Below, one piece after another: positions 36,547-46,288 of a DNA stretch of 64,000 nt. Below the pieces are notes generated by a model. The model worked only from the letters and a program-made list of their open reading frames with translations, ran no database searches and had not been told where the DNA came from. Source of the DNA: an uncultured delta proteobacterium (GTDB lineage: Bacteria; Myxococcota_A; Polyangia; Fen-1088); assembly GCA_963767925.1 (NCBI GenBank), contig CAVYGB010000002.1, positions 2,144,001 to 2,208,000 of the forward strand. The letters are read 5' to 3'. Numbering within the stretch: position 1 is the stretch's first letter; each line of letters starts with the position of its first letter. Made by a program: the position numbers and the translations under genes.

Positions 36547-36653
36547 GGCCGGGTCAGTCTACCGGAGAGCCCGCTTCCGTCAACGCACCGTCACGCGCCT
36601 CGCCGTTGGCTGGCCCGTCGCGTTCAACGGGGTGTCCCGGCGCGCGCGGGCGC

Positions 36654-37367
36654 TCAGCGCGCGGGCTCGGCGGCCAGGAACGCCTCCAGATCGCGCAATC
36701 CCTGCGGCGAGCCGACCTCGTAGAAACGTTGCGCCACCTCGTGGCCGGCCAGCTCGCCGGCCAGGCTGAGCGCGTGGTAGAGGTCGGCCAGATCGGCGGG
36801 GTCGGCGGGCGGCAGGCGGTCGATCACGCCCCGGTCGAGCACGCTGAGGCCGTAGTCGATGTGCAACATGCGGGCGTCGGCCTGGCGCTTGTCGTAGCGC
36901 TGCAGCTCGCCGTTTTCGAAGATGACGTTGCTGCGATCCCAGCGGCCGCCGTTGCGCAGCACCGTCATCAGCGCCGGGCGCCCGGCCGCGTGGAAGGCGG
37001 CCACCACCGGGGGCAGCGCGATCGGTAGATAGGAGTCGCCGTACAGGACCAGGAAGGCCGGATCGAGCAGGCCCTCGTCGCGGCACAGGCGCAGGGCCCC
37101 CGCGGTGCCGCGGAGCTGGGTCCCCTCGTCGGCGTAGCGCAAGCGCAGGCCGAAGGCGCTGCCGTCGCCGAGGGCGTCGCGCACGAGGTCGCCCCGGTAG
37201 CCGATGCTCAGCACCACGTCGCGCACGCCCTCTCTGGCCAGCAGCTCGAGCTGGTGGTGGGCGAAGGGGCGGCCGGCCACCGGCAGGAGGATCTTGGGCC
37301 GCTCGTCGGTGAAGGGGCGCATGCGGGAGCCGCGGCCGCCGGCGAGGATGACCACCTGGAGCGGCAC
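36654..37367 (-). CDS. hddC: Heptose-1-phosphate nucleotidyltransferase
   Basis: ILAGGRGSRM, PKIL, GTAGAL, LYGDSY; operon with hddA, gmhA and gmhB. Confidence 0.75.
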   Translation of the reverse strand: MPLQVVILAGGRGSRMRPFTDERPKILLPVAGRPFAHHQLELLAREGVRDVVLSIGYRGDLVRDALGDGSAFGLRLRYADEGTQLRGTAGALRLCRDEGLLDPAFLVLYGDSYLPIALPPVVAAFHAAGRPALMTVLRNGGRWDRSNVIFENGELQRYDKRQADARMLHIDYGLSVLDRGVIDRLPPADPADLADLYHALSLAGELAGHEVAQRFYEVGSPQGLRDLEAFLAAEPAR

Positions 37368-37375
37368 GGCGCCCC

Positions 37376-38356
37376 TCAGTCCCGCACCGACACGACCGAG
37401 CCGTCGTGGTCGAAGAAGAAGCGCACCTCGGTGAGCCCCTCGGCGGCCAGAGCCTGCCGCAGGGCCGGCGGGTTGTCGGCGTAAAACAGCAGGAAGCCGC
37501 CCCCGCCCGCGCCGACCAGCTTGCCGCCCAGGGCCCCGTTTTTCATGCCCACGTCGTACCAGCGGTCGATCTGGGGGTTGGTCACGTCGGGCGAGCGGCG
37601 CCGCTTCCAGTCCCAGTGCTCCTGCATCATGGCGGCGAAGCCGCGTACGTCCCCCTGCTCGAGCGCGGTGCGGATGCGCAGGCCCAGGTCCTTGGTGAAG
37701 TGCAGGTTCTCCAGCATGGTGGCGTCGCCGGTCTGCGACTGCTGGTTCTGGTGCTCGAGGATGGTCGAGGCGTCGCGGGAGTAGCCGGTGAAGAACATCA
37801 GGAGGCGCTCCTCCAGGTCGTGCAAGGTGGCGTTCGACACCGACAGGGGCGAGACCCGCACGTTGCCGTCGGGGGCGAAGTCCATGGCGATGAGCCCGCC
37901 GTAGGCGGCGACGTACTGGTCCTGCTTGCCGACGTTCGAGCGCAGGATGTCGATCTCGATGTGGCAGGCCTCCTCGGCCAGGGCGCCCGCCGTGACGTGC
38001 TCGCGCTTGAAGGCGTAGACCGCGCGCAGCAGGCCCACCGTGAAGGAGCCGGAGGAGCCGAGGCCAGTGCCCGAGGGGATGTCGGCCAGGCTGACGATCT
38101 CGAGGGCGGGGCCCACCGGGTGACGGCGCAGCACCTCGCGGATGAGGGCGTGCTTGATCTCGTCGACGGTGGTGGTGCGCTCGAGCTGCGAGTACTTGAG
38201 CAGGTAGTCGTTGGTGAAGGTCCGGTTGATCCCGATGTAGATGTACTTGTTGATCGCCGCCGAGAGCACGAAGCCGCCGTGCTTCTGGTAGTAGGAGGGC
38301 AGGTCGGTGCCGCCGCCCCCCAGCGCGATCCGCATCGGCGTCCGGACGATGATCAT
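37376..38356 (-). CDS. hddA: D-glycero-alpha-D-manno-heptose-7-phosphate kinase (GHMP)
   Basis: RTPMRIALGGGGTDLPSYY, PSGTGLGSSG, GKQDQY, GGKLVGAGGGG. Confidence 0.88.
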   Translation of the reverse strand: MIIVRTPMRIALGGGGTDLPSYYQKHGGFVLSAAINKYIYIGINRTFTNDYLLKYSQLERTTTVDEIKHALIREVLRRHPVGPALEIVSLADIPSGTGLGSSGSFTVGLLRAVYAFKREHVTAGALAEEACHIEIDILRSNVGKQDQYVAAYGGLIAMDFAPDGNVRVSPLSVSNATLHDLEERLLMFFTGYSRDASTILEHQNQQSQTGDATMLENLHFTKDLGLRIRTALEQGDVRGFAAMMQEHWDWKRRRSPDVTNPQIDRWYDVGMKNGALGGKLVGAGGGGFLLFYADNPPALRQALAAEGLTEVRFFFDHDGSVVSVRD

Positions 38357-39150
38357 CGGCGTCGGGCCACGATGGTGAAGCCGAGGCTCTCGGTGGGGTC
38401 GGGCAGGGCCCGGTCCAGCAGGCGCACACCCGCCGCCACCGCCAGCATGGCCGGCCCCACCAGGGGCAAGGTCCACAGGCGCGGGCGGCGCGCGGTGGTC
38501 GCCTCGTGCCCCAGCTTGCCCATGGCCTGGGCCAGGCCGCCCACCTCGGCCACCTGCAGGGCCAGGTAGCTGTTGAGCTTGTGCCCCAGCAGGCTCCACA
38601 GGCCGCCCTGGGGATCGACCTGCTCCACCTCGAGGCCGGCGGCGTCGCAGAGCTGGCGCAGGCCGTGGGGGGTGTAGCGGAAGTAGTCGTGCGGCTCCTC
38701 GTGCAGCCGGAAGGAGAAGGGGGCCGACAGCAGGAGCAGGCCGCCCGGGCGCAGCACCCGGCCCATCTCCTTGACCAGGTCGCCGGGGTGGGGCGTGTGC
38801 TCGAGGACCTGCGAGCTCAGCACCGTGTCGAAGTCCCCGTCGGGGAAGGGCAGCCGCTTGCCGTCGTAGGTCAGGTCGACGGCGGCGCGGGCCCGCCGGC
38901 CGGTCTCGGTCAGCAGGAAGGTCGGCTCGTATTCGATGCCGATGTATTCGCGGACGTGAGGCTGGAAGAGATGAGCGAAGGGCTTCTCCCCGCAGCCGAC
39001 GTCGAGCAGGCGGCCGCTGGCGCGGGGGGCGACGCGGGCCAGGGACGCCTCCAGGTGGGACCACTGCAGGTCGACCCAGTCGGAGGTGGCCCGCACCGCC
39101 CGCCGGATGGGGGGCAGGTCGAGCAGGTTCTGCAAGGCGCTCACCGCCAA
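38353..39150 (-). CDS. Class I SAM-dependent methyltransferase
   Basis: LLDVGCG, LPFPDGDFD, QVLEH, HEEPHDYFRYT. Confidence 0.88.
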   Translation of the reverse strand: MAVSALQNLLDLPPIRRAVRATSDWVDLQWSHLEASLARVAPRASGRLLDVGCGEKPFAHLFQPHVREYIGIEYEPTFLLTETGRRARAAVDLTYDGKRLPFPDGDFDTVLSSQVLEHTPHPGDLVKEMGRVLRPGGLLLLSAPFSFRLHEEPHDYFRYTPHGLRQLCDAAGLEVEQVDPQGGLWSLLGHKLNSYLALQVAEVGGLAQAMGKLGHEATTARRPRLWTLPLVGPAMLAVAAGVRLLDRALPDPTESLGFTIVARRR

Positions 39151-39157
39151 CCCCTTA

Positions 39158-40591
39158 TCACGGAACGGTCCGGGCGCGCCGGAACCGGGCGGCCAGGGCG
39201 GGCAAGGCGGGCAGGACCAGGGCGGCCAGGGCCAGCAGGGTGCAGACGATGGTCCAGACCGTGTAGCGGTTGTCGGGGCCGCCGGCGGTCAGCAGCACGC
39301 TCAGCAGATACGACAGGCCGGACAGCACCAGCAGCAGGGGCAGCGGCGGCGCCCCCCGCAGGTAGCGGAAGGCGGTGAGGGGCAGCAGGGCCAGCGAGAG
39401 CAGGACGTAGATCCAGGCGGAAAAGCCGATCCAGGTCTGCTGCAGGTCCATCCAGTCGAGGCGCTGCAGGGTGGCGACCGAGGGCTCGTAGGTGCGGGCC
39501 AGGTCGTGGAAGGGGGCCGCCGAGAGGTAGAAGTAGCGGCGGGGCGGCTCGAGACCCCCCAGCCGCATCAGCCGCAGGGTCATGTCCCACTTGTGGCGCA
39601 GGTAGGCCCCGGGGTGGTCGACGATGGCCCGGATCCAGTTGCGCGACAGGCGCTGTAGCTGGGCCTCGTCGGACAGGAGGTTGAACACCAGGACGCAGCC
39701 GTCATCGCGGAAGTAGGCGCAGTGGTAGAGGGTGTCGTTGAAGTCGGGGCGGAACTGCTGGCGCATCTCGGGCAGCCCCATGCCGGGGGTGAGCAGGCCG
39801 GTCTGCGGGTCGATGACGATCTCGTCGATCTTCAGGGAGATGGAGATGAGATCGAAGGCGGCGGCCCGCTGCCAGAAGTTGGTGGCCTTCGCGTGGGGGG
39901 CCAGGGTGGCCCGCAGGCCGAGGGTCAGCACCAGGGTCAGGGCGAGCGCGCCGAGGCTGGCCAGCAGCAGGCGGGGGGCGGGGGAGCGGCGCTGCAGGGC
40001 GGGCAGCTCGAGCAGCAGCAGGACCAGCAAGGGCCAGACCGCGGCGGCGGCGTTGTGGCGCAGGCCGATGGCCAGCAGGAAAAACAGGACGGCCAGGCCC
40101 CGGGCGAGCCAGCGCCAGCGGCCGCCCAGCGGGGCGAGGGCGAAGGCCACCCCGGCCAGCATGGTGGCGTGCATCAGCGTGTCCTTCCAGACCGCGGCCA
40201 CGCAGCAGAGCGAGGGGAGGAAGGACCCCACGCCGAGCAGGGCGAGGGCCCGGGCCGGCAGGGGGCCCGGCAGCGCCCAGAAGATCCCGGTCAGCCCCAG
40301 CCAGTACACCCCGGCGATGATCACCAGCATGCCGCCCGGCCCGGGCACGAGGCGGTCGGTGAAGCGCCAGATGACCGCCATCAAGATGGGGTGGTGATCG
40401 GTGTACAGGCCGTCGCGCGCCTGCTGGAGCTGGTTGCCCGAGTCGCGCGACATGAAGCCCGGGTAAAACAGCTCGAGGGTGAGGGCGAAGGCCAGGGCCC
40501 CCACCAGCGCCATCACAAGCGCCCCCCGCTGCCCGGCCAGCGCCCGCAGCAGCGGGTGCCGCTGCCCGGCGGGCCGTCTCTCGGCGCCCAT
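39158..40591 (-). CDS. Polytopic membrane protein, GT-C-like
   Basis: YPGFMSRDS..QA..YTDHHP in loop 1, WKD, RHN, many TM helices, large extracytoplasmic loop, NRY near C-terminus. Confidence 0.65.
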   Translation of the reverse strand: MGAERRPAGQRHPLLRALAGQRGALVMALVGALAFALTLELFYPGFMSRDSGNQLQQARDGLYTDHHPILMAVIWRFTDRLVPGPGGMLVIIAGVYWLGLTGIFWALPGPLPARALALLGVGSFLPSLCCVAAVWKDTLMHATMLAGVAFALAPLGGRWRWLARGLAVLFFLLAIGLRHNAAAAVWPLLVLLLLELPALQRRSPAPRLLLASLGALALTLVLTLGLRATLAPHAKATNFWQRAAAFDLISISLKIDEIVIDPQTGLLTPGMGLPEMRQQFRPDFNDTLYHCAYFRDDGCVLVFNLLSDEAQLQRLSRNWIRAIVDHPGAYLRHKWDMTLRLMRLGGLEPPRRYFYLSAAPFHDLARTYEPSVATLQRLDWMDLQQTWIGFSAWIYVLLSLALLPLTAFRYLRGAPPLPLLLVLSGLSYLLSVLLTAGGPDNRYTVWTIVCTLLALAALVLPALPALAARFRRARTVP

Positions 40592-40966
40592 GGAAGTGTC
40601 GGTCACGATGTCGCGCAGTCCTTCTCCGCACGCGCGCGGCGAGCGCGCCCTTGTTAGCACAGCCGGCTGTCCCCGCCCGTCAAATCGGGCGCCTCGGCGC
40701 GTGGCGCGTGCGGAGCCGCCGAGCTTGCTCGGCGCGAAGCTCGCGTGCTGATCGGTGCGCTGAGGGTAACGGAATGTGCCCCCGTGTCCCTGGGGCTCGG
40801 GGCGTGAATTGCAGACACGGTCGGGCGGGTGGGGGCACACCCGGCGGCGCCGCGAGCGGTCGCGCGTCGTCGAGCAAGATCGCTGGGTTCGACGCCGGCA
40901 ATGGCCTCGATCACGAGCGGCTCGGCTGGCGTGACGCTTGCGATGGGGCGGGCGCCGAGGAGCGTG

Positions 40967-41797
40967 ATGAAGATGAAACGGGCATCAGGGATCGTGTCGC
41001 TTGTGGCGGTGGCCTTTCTCCCCGCCTGCGTGCTGGAAGTGCAGGACGAACCCGAAGGGGGCTGGAACGGACCGCGCGGCGGAGAGTGGGGCGGAACCGC
41101 CGGCACCGGCAGCACCTCGACGGGAGGCTCGGGCCGGCGCGACGCCAGCGCCCCCGACACGAGGCGCGCGCGCGACGGCGGCAGCCGCACCGACGCGCCC
41201 CGCACCCCGCCGCCACCGGACGCCGCCCCCGAGCCGCCCGAGCCCCCCGAGGTCGACGCCGGCTACCCGCCGCCGAGCGAGGAGATGGTCTGTCGCCACG
41301 ATCAGCAGTGCCAGGGTGGGCGCTGCGTGGCCGGCGCCTGCCAGCGCCCGTGCACCACCGACGAGCCCTGTGGCACCGGCCAGGTCTGCACGGGCGGCTT
41401 CTGCCAGGGCAGCCCCCAGCCGGGTGGCCAGTGTGTCTACGCCAGCGACTGCGGCAGCGACGCCACCTGCGTGAACGGCTTTTGCCACGAGCGCTGCGGA
41501 GAGGACGGCGACTGCTCGAGCTCGGCCGACCGCTGCGACCGGGGCCTGTGCCGCCCGGACGTCCGGCCCATTCCGCAATGCACCGGCAACGCCCAGTGCC
41601 CCGCCGACCGCACCTGCGTGGACGCCGTCTGCCGCAACCCCTGCCGCGACGACAGCCAGTGTGGACCGGGCTGCTCGGGGACCGTCTGCTCGGGCGGCTA
41701 CTGCTTCATGCCCGAGGAGCTGACCCCTCCGACCTGCCCGCCGATGCCCCCCACCTGCGGCACCCCCACCGGCTGCGGCCCCACCTGCAGGCAGTAG
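40967..41797 (+). CDS. Cys-rich lipoprotein with Gly/Pro linker
   Basis: MKMKR..FLPAC lipobox; repeated C-x4-C-x3-5-C-x4-C modules. Confidence 0.8.
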   Translation: MKMKRASGIVSLVAVAFLPACVLEVQDEPEGGWNGPRGGEWGGTAGTGSTSTGGSGRRDASAPDTRRARDGGSRTDAPRTPPPPDAAPEPPEPPEVDAGYPPPSEEMVCRHDQQCQGGRCVAGACQRPCTTDEPCGTGQVCTGGFCQGSPQPGGQCVYASDCGSDATCVNGFCHERCGEDGDCSSSADRCDRGLCRPDVRPIPQCTGNAQCPADRTCVDAVCRNPCRDDSQCGPGCSGTVCSGGYCFMPEELTPPTCPPMPPTCGTPTGCGPTCRQ

Positions 41798-41817
41798 CCG
41801 GATTCCAGCTCTGAAAA

Positions 41818-41877
41818 CACCTCTCCCCGCGGTCTGCCGTGGGGAGAGGTCGGCGCGTCTGCGCGCCGGGTGAGGGG
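41818..41877. repeat. REP-like double-hairpin element, copy 1
   Basis: ACCTCTCCCCGCGG-TCTG-CCGTGGGGAGAGGT and GGCGCG-TCTG-CGCGCC; 58/60 identical to 48971..49030. Confidence 0.85.
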
Positions 41878-42081
41878 CTTCCGGCGTGGCAACCGCCCCC
41901 TGAGTAGGAGGTGCGCCGACCTTTGCCGGCGCAATCGCGGCGCGGCGGCGGGAAAAATCGGCATTTCTCGCGAGGGCGCTCTCGGGACGGGCGGCACCTA
42001 CCGATGAGCCTGGAATCCATTGGACACTTGGCCCTTCTCCGTCCAGGCAGCGGCGCGCGCATTGCGCGTCATCGGCTTACC

Positions 42082-42110
42082 TTGACGTGAGGTGTCTAAG
42101 TATCTAAAAT
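42082..42110 (+). promoter_or_regulatory. Sigma70-type promoter upstream of the FHA gene
   Basis: TTGACG-17 nt-TAAAAT in an AT-rich patch. Confidence 0.65.
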
Positions 42111-42120
42111 TTCAGCTTTT

Positions 42121-43101
42121 GTGAGCCTCCCCCGACTCCCCGACGAGCTGCCCACCGAGGCCGGCACTGCCCGGACGGACACAGTCATGTGGACGCTCCG
42201 CTTCATCTCCGGCAAATACCAGGGCGGCGAGTTTCCGCTGCGCCCCAACCGCGAGATCATCGTGGGGCGATCGTCCGACCTCGACATGGTCCTGGTCGAG
42301 GACATGGTGTCGCGCAAGCACGCCAAGATCACCACCGACGAGAAGGGGGTGTCGATCCAGGACATGGGGTCGACAAACGGCACCTTCGTCAACGGCGAGA
42401 AGGTCCGCAAGGTCGACCTGAAAGACGGCGACCGGATCCTCATCGGGACCTCGATCATCAAGCTCGTCGGCGTGACCGGCGAGGGCGTCGAGGCGCTGTC
42501 CGAGAAGGAAGCCCGCTCGAAGATGCAGGTGACGGCCAGCCACCGGCCCTCGCCCAAGTCGATGTCCGGCAACCTGGAGGAGATCCCGCTGCCGGACCTC
42601 CTGCAGCTCCTGTCGACAAGCCGCAAGTCGGGGGTGCTGGTGCTGCGCTCCGATTGGGGGGTGGGCCGGATCTTCTTCCGCAAGGGGCAGATCTACTTCT
42701 CCACCATCCAGGAGGGCATGGCGCAGGTGGCGCCCAAGAAGGCCCTGTTCCGGATGCTCGGGTGGAACCAGGGGGTGTTCGAGCTCGAGCCCCCCGACGA
42801 CCGCCCCGCCCTCGAGGAGATCTCCGACTCGATGGAGGCGCTCCTCATGGAGGGCATGCGCCAGCTCGACGAGTTCCGGGTCATCACCTCCGAGCTGCCG
42901 GCGGCCAACGCCCCCGTCTCGGTGGCGCGCCCGCTGGTGCCCCGCCTGCGCGACCTGCGCCCCGACGAGCTCGACGTGTTCCAGCTCGCCGTGTTCCCCA
43001 CCAGCGCCCAGGCGCTGATGGACCACAGCCGCCTGACCGATCTCGACACCGCCCGCTGCCTGCTGACCCTGCTCCAGCGCGGCTATCTCGTGGTCGGGTA
43101 G
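42121..43101 (+). CDS. FHA + DUF4388 (PatA-N) protein
   Basis: VGRS, VSRKHA, DMGSTNGTFVNG; MSGNLEEIPLPDLLQLL..RKSGVL..LLMEGMRQLDE; alternative ATG 42187. Confidence 0.88.
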   Translation: MSLPRLPDELPTEAGTARTDTVMWTLRFISGKYQGGEFPLRPNREIIVGRSSDLDMVLVEDMVSRKHAKITTDEKGVSIQDMGSTNGTFVNGEKVRKVDLKDGDRILIGTSIIKLVGVTGEGVEALSEKEARSKMQVTASHRPSPKSMSGNLEEIPLPDLLQLLSTSRKSGVLVLRSDWGVGRIFFRKGQIYFSTIQEGMAQVAPKKALFRMLGWNQGVFELEPPDDRPALEEISDSMEALLMEGMRQLDEFRVITSELPAANAPVSVARPLVPRLRDLRPDELDVFQLAVFPTSAQALMDHSRLTDLDTARCLLTLLQRGYLVVG

Positions 43102-43147
43102 CCGGCCACCGCGCCGGCGCGGTCAGCGCCGCAGGCGCGCGCCCCGG

Positions 43148-43999
43148 TCAGAGCCGCAGGACCAGGCCCTCGGCCGCCGCCACCAGCACCAGGCCGTCGG
43201 CGCCGAGCTCCTGGACCTGCCGGCGGCCGCGGTCGAGGAGCTGATCGATGTCGTGGTCGCTGTAGTCCTGGTCGTAGTGGAACAGGGCCAGCCGGCGCAC
43301 GCGCGCCCGCAGGGCGGTGGTGATGGCCTGCTCGGACGAGGAGAGGCCCCGGTCGGGGTAGGCGGCGTGATCTTCGGGGGAGAAGGTGGCGTCGTGGATC
43401 AGGAGATCGGCGTCGGCGTAGAGGGCCAGCGCCTCGGGCGAGGGGCCCTCGGGGCCGTAGCCGGCGTCGCTGGCGTAGACCAGCACCTTGTCGCCGTCCT
43501 CGATGCGGAAGGCGAGGGCGCTGGTCAGGCCGTGGGGGTTGGCCTGGGTGCGCACGGTGGCCCCGCCCACCCTGAAGGTCTCTCCGGGCGGGGCGGCCTT
43601 CATCTCGATGCGGGCGCTGAGGTTCTTGATGGTCTGCACCGGGAAATACTGGGCGGCCATCTGCCGCTCGAGGACCTCCTCGAGCAGGCCGGGCGTCTGG
43701 GCCCCGCCGTGGACGACGAACTGGTTGCCGGGGGTGTAAAACGGGCCGAAGAAGGGGAAGCCCTGGATGTGGTCCCAGTGGGCGTGCGACAGCAGGAAGG
43801 AGGCGCGTCCCTGGCCGCGCCCGAACTCGCCGGCCAGCAGGGCCAGCCCCAGGTTGCGGGCCCCGGTGCCGCAGTCGAGGATGACGATCTCCCCGTCGGA
43901 CAGGCGGACCAGCACGCAGGCGGTGTTGCCGCCGTAGCGGACCGTGCTGGGGCCGGGCGCCGCGATCGATCCGCGCACGCCGAAGAAGGTGACCTCCAT
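43148..43999 (-). CDS. MBL-fold metallo-hydrolase
   Basis: GVRGS, YGGNTAC, SHAHWDHIQG, FHYD. Confidence 0.9.
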   Translation of the reverse strand: MEVTFFGVRGSIAAPGPSTVRYGGNTACVLVRLSDGEIVILDCGTGARNLGLALLAGEFGRGQGRASFLLSHAHWDHIQGFPFFGPFYTPGNQFVVHGGAQTPGLLEEVLERQMAAQYFPVQTIKNLSARIEMKAAPPGETFRVGGATVRTQANPHGLTSALAFRIEDGDKVLVYASDAGYGPEGPSPEALALYADADLLIHDATFSPEDHAAYPDRGLSSSEQAITTALRARVRRLALFHYDQDYSDHDIDQLLDRGRRQVQELGADGLVLVAAAEGLVLRL

Positions 44000-44979
44000 C
44001 AGGCCTTCCCGACCTTGGCCGGTAGCGGCGGCTTGCCGGCCTCGGCGGCGCGGCCGAGCGGCAGGTCGAGCCCCTCGTAGGCCGCCGTCACCCGCAAGTT
44101 GGCGTCCGCGCGGGCGGCCACCTCGCGGGCCTGGGCCAGCATGACGTCGATCTCGTCGTCGGACCGCTCGGGGGCGTGGTGGTAGAGAGCGAGGGCCCGG
44201 GCCCCCGCCTCGCGCGCGATCTCGATGGCGTCGCTGGGGCGCGAGTGCCCGAAGTGGGGCATGGCCCGGTAGTCCTCGGGCGTGAACATGGTGTCGTAGA
44301 TGACGAGGTCGGCCCCCTCACACAGCCCGACCACGGCGGCGCGCATCTCGCGCAGGGCCTCGCGGGCGGCGGGCGAGAGATCGCCCTCGGGGGGGCGGGC
44401 CACGAACTCCTCGCCGAACAGGATGTCGACGAAGGGGGCGGTGTCCGAGACGTAGGCCACCCGCGCGCCGTCGGCGACGACCGCGTAGGCGGTGGCGACG
44501 TAGGGGTGGTTCAGGCGGGTCGACTCGACCCGGGCGTCCTCGATCTCGAAGCGGGCGCCCTCGGGCAGCTCGCGAAACACGACCTCCGCCCGCACCTGGT
44601 TGAAGGGGACCGGGAAGTAGGGGGCGTCGTTCTGGCTGGTGAGCACCGAGCGCAGGTGGCCGCCGTTGCGCTCGCGGGCGTGGACCACGAGGCGGCTGCC
44701 CGCGCGGTACAGGGGTGCGAAGAAGGGCAGGCCCTGGATGTGATCCCAGTGGGTATGGCTGACCAGGATGTGGGTCTCGCTGGGGGCGGCGGTGGCGGCG
44801 GCGGCGTCGGGGCCAGTGATCTCCTTGCCCAGGCGGCGGATGCCGGTCCCGGCGTCGATCACGATGCGCGTGCCACTGTCGGTGACCACCTCGACGCACG
44901 AGGTGTTCCCGCCGTACCGTTCCGTGCGAGGACCTGGCACCGGCAGCGAACCCCGCACCCCGAAGAAGCGCACTCTCAT
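43999..44979 (-). CDS. MBL-fold metallo-hydrolase (tandem paralog)
   Basis: GVRGS, YGGNTSC, SHTHWDHIQG, FGHS, YHHAP. Confidence 0.9.
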   Translation of the reverse strand: MRVRFFGVRGSLPVPGPRTERYGGNTSCVEVVTDSGTRIVIDAGTGIRRLGKEITGPDAAAATAAPSETHILVSHTHWDHIQGLPFFAPLYRAGSRLVVHARERNGGHLRSVLTSQNDAPYFPVPFNQVRAEVVFRELPEGARFEIEDARVESTRLNHPYVATAYAVVADGARVAYVSDTAPFVDILFGEEFVARPPEGDLSPAAREALREMRAAVVGLCEGADLVIYDTMFTPEDYRAMPHFGHSRPSDAIEIAREAGARALALYHHAPERSDDEIDVMLAQAREVAARADANLRVTAAYEGLDLPLGRAAEAGKPPLPAKVGKA

Positions 44980-45102
44980 CGCGGACTCATGGTGGGGTGC
45001 CTCCCTGGGCCGGACCCGTACGAAGCCCCGTGCACCCGCACGGTGACGATCCCTGAACTTTAACATAGCCCGTGGCCACCCGTCAGGGCAGCCCCGCGGC
45101 TG

Positions 45103-45540
45103 CTACTTCAGGCCGAGCGCGCGGTTGAGCTCGTCGATCTTCTTGAAGTAGGTCTTGCGGTCGTAACGGACGTTGAGGATGTGAAATTCCTTCTTCGTCA
45201 GCCCGACACAACCGAAGCAGTAGGTGCACTCGCTGCAGGAGTAACACTCGACCAGATAGGCCGAGCCGCGGCAGCCCTCGCTGCGCGTGCAGTGGGTGCA
45301 GTCGTGGCAGCGCTGCGAGTCCTTGCAGTGCGAGCTGCCGGTGCAGCTCCGGCAACTCTCGCAGTGGGTGCAGCGGTAGCAGTCGTGGCAGGTCTTGCAG
45401 AAGGTGCAGCTCATGCATCCCTCGCAGCCCACGCAGTTGTAGCTGAGCGGGTTCTCCAGCCCCCCCCCGTACGACTGTCGCAGCCGATCGAGCTCGGCCA
45501 GGAAGTCCCCCCTCGTCATCAGGCCCGCCGCGTTGTCCAT
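45103..45540 (-). CDS. Cys-rich (Cxx)n repeat protein
   Basis: 21 Cys on a 3-residue grid; C-terminal CFGCVGL..FHILN. Confidence 0.8.
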   Translation of the reverse strand: MDNAAGLMTRGDFLAELDRLRQSYGGGLENPLSYNCVGCEGCMSCTFCKTCHDCYRCTHCESCRSCTGSSHCKDSQRCHDCTHCTRSEGCRGSAYLVECYSCSECTYCFGCVGLTKKEFHILNVRYDRKTYFKKIDELNRALGLK

Positions 45541-45586
45541 GAGGCCCCCCCAATTTACGCCAAGGACGGGTTAGATTTCAGTGTCC

Positions 45587-46276
45587 ATGTGTGGCCGCAT
45601 GACCCTGTCCCGCCGCGATCTCGACGAGGTCGCCGACGAGCTCGAGGCGGTGTACCTGCCGGGGATGGCGGCCAGCTACCGGCCGCGCTTCAACCTGGCC
45701 CCCACCGACGCCCACATGGTGCTCCGGCTGGAGGGCGGGGCGGGGGGCCGCCGCCTGCTAATGCCGGCCGTGTGGGGGCTGGGGCTGCCCGGGCGGGGAC
45801 CGCTGCTGATCAACGCCCGCGCCGAGACCGCGGCGGTGCTCGGCAGCTTCCGGGAGGCGTTCGCCCGGCGCCGGTGTGTGATACCCGCCGACGGGTTCTA
45901 CGAGTGGCAGGGGCAGGGTGAGACCCGGCGCCCGTTCTGGATCCACCCGCCCGGCGGAGGGCTGCTGCGGCTGGCGGGGCTGTACGACGAGGCGCCCGGC
46001 GGGGGGCTGCGGTTCACCGTCCTCACCACGGCCGCCAGCTCCGACGTGGCCGCACTGCACGACCGGATGCCGGTGCTGCTGTCGGACGAGGGGGTCGGCG
46101 CCTGGCTGCGGGACGGCGGCGGCGCGCTGCTGCGCCCGGCGCCCGGGGGGGCGCTGGTGGCCCTCGCCGTATCCCGTCGTGTGAACTCGGTAAAAAACGA
46201 CGATCCGGGGTGCCTGCTGCCCGAGGCGGAGGGGACCCATCCTGGAGACCGTCAGCTCCGCCTTTTTCCCCTATAA
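45587..46276 (+). CDS. SOS response-associated peptidase (SRAP/YedK)
   Basis: N-terminal [30 protein letters not shown]. Confidence 0.92.
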   Translation: MCGRMTLSRRDLDEVADELEAVYLPGMAASYRPRFNLAPTDAHMVLRLEGGAGGRRLLMPAVWGLGLPGRGPLLINARAETAAVLGSFREAFARRRCVIPADGFYEWQGQGETRRPFWIHPPGGGLLRLAGLYDEAPGGGLRFTVLTTAASSDVAALHDRMPVLLSDEGVGAWLRDGGGALLRPAPGGALVALAVSRRVNSVKNDDPGCLLPEAEGTHPGDRQLRLFPL

Positions 46277-46288
46277 TTCGCCGCTCTC

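Noticed and set aside
45380..45405. CKTCH as a heme c site in the Cys-repeat protein
   Set aside because: No export signal; the motif arises by chance in Cxx repeats
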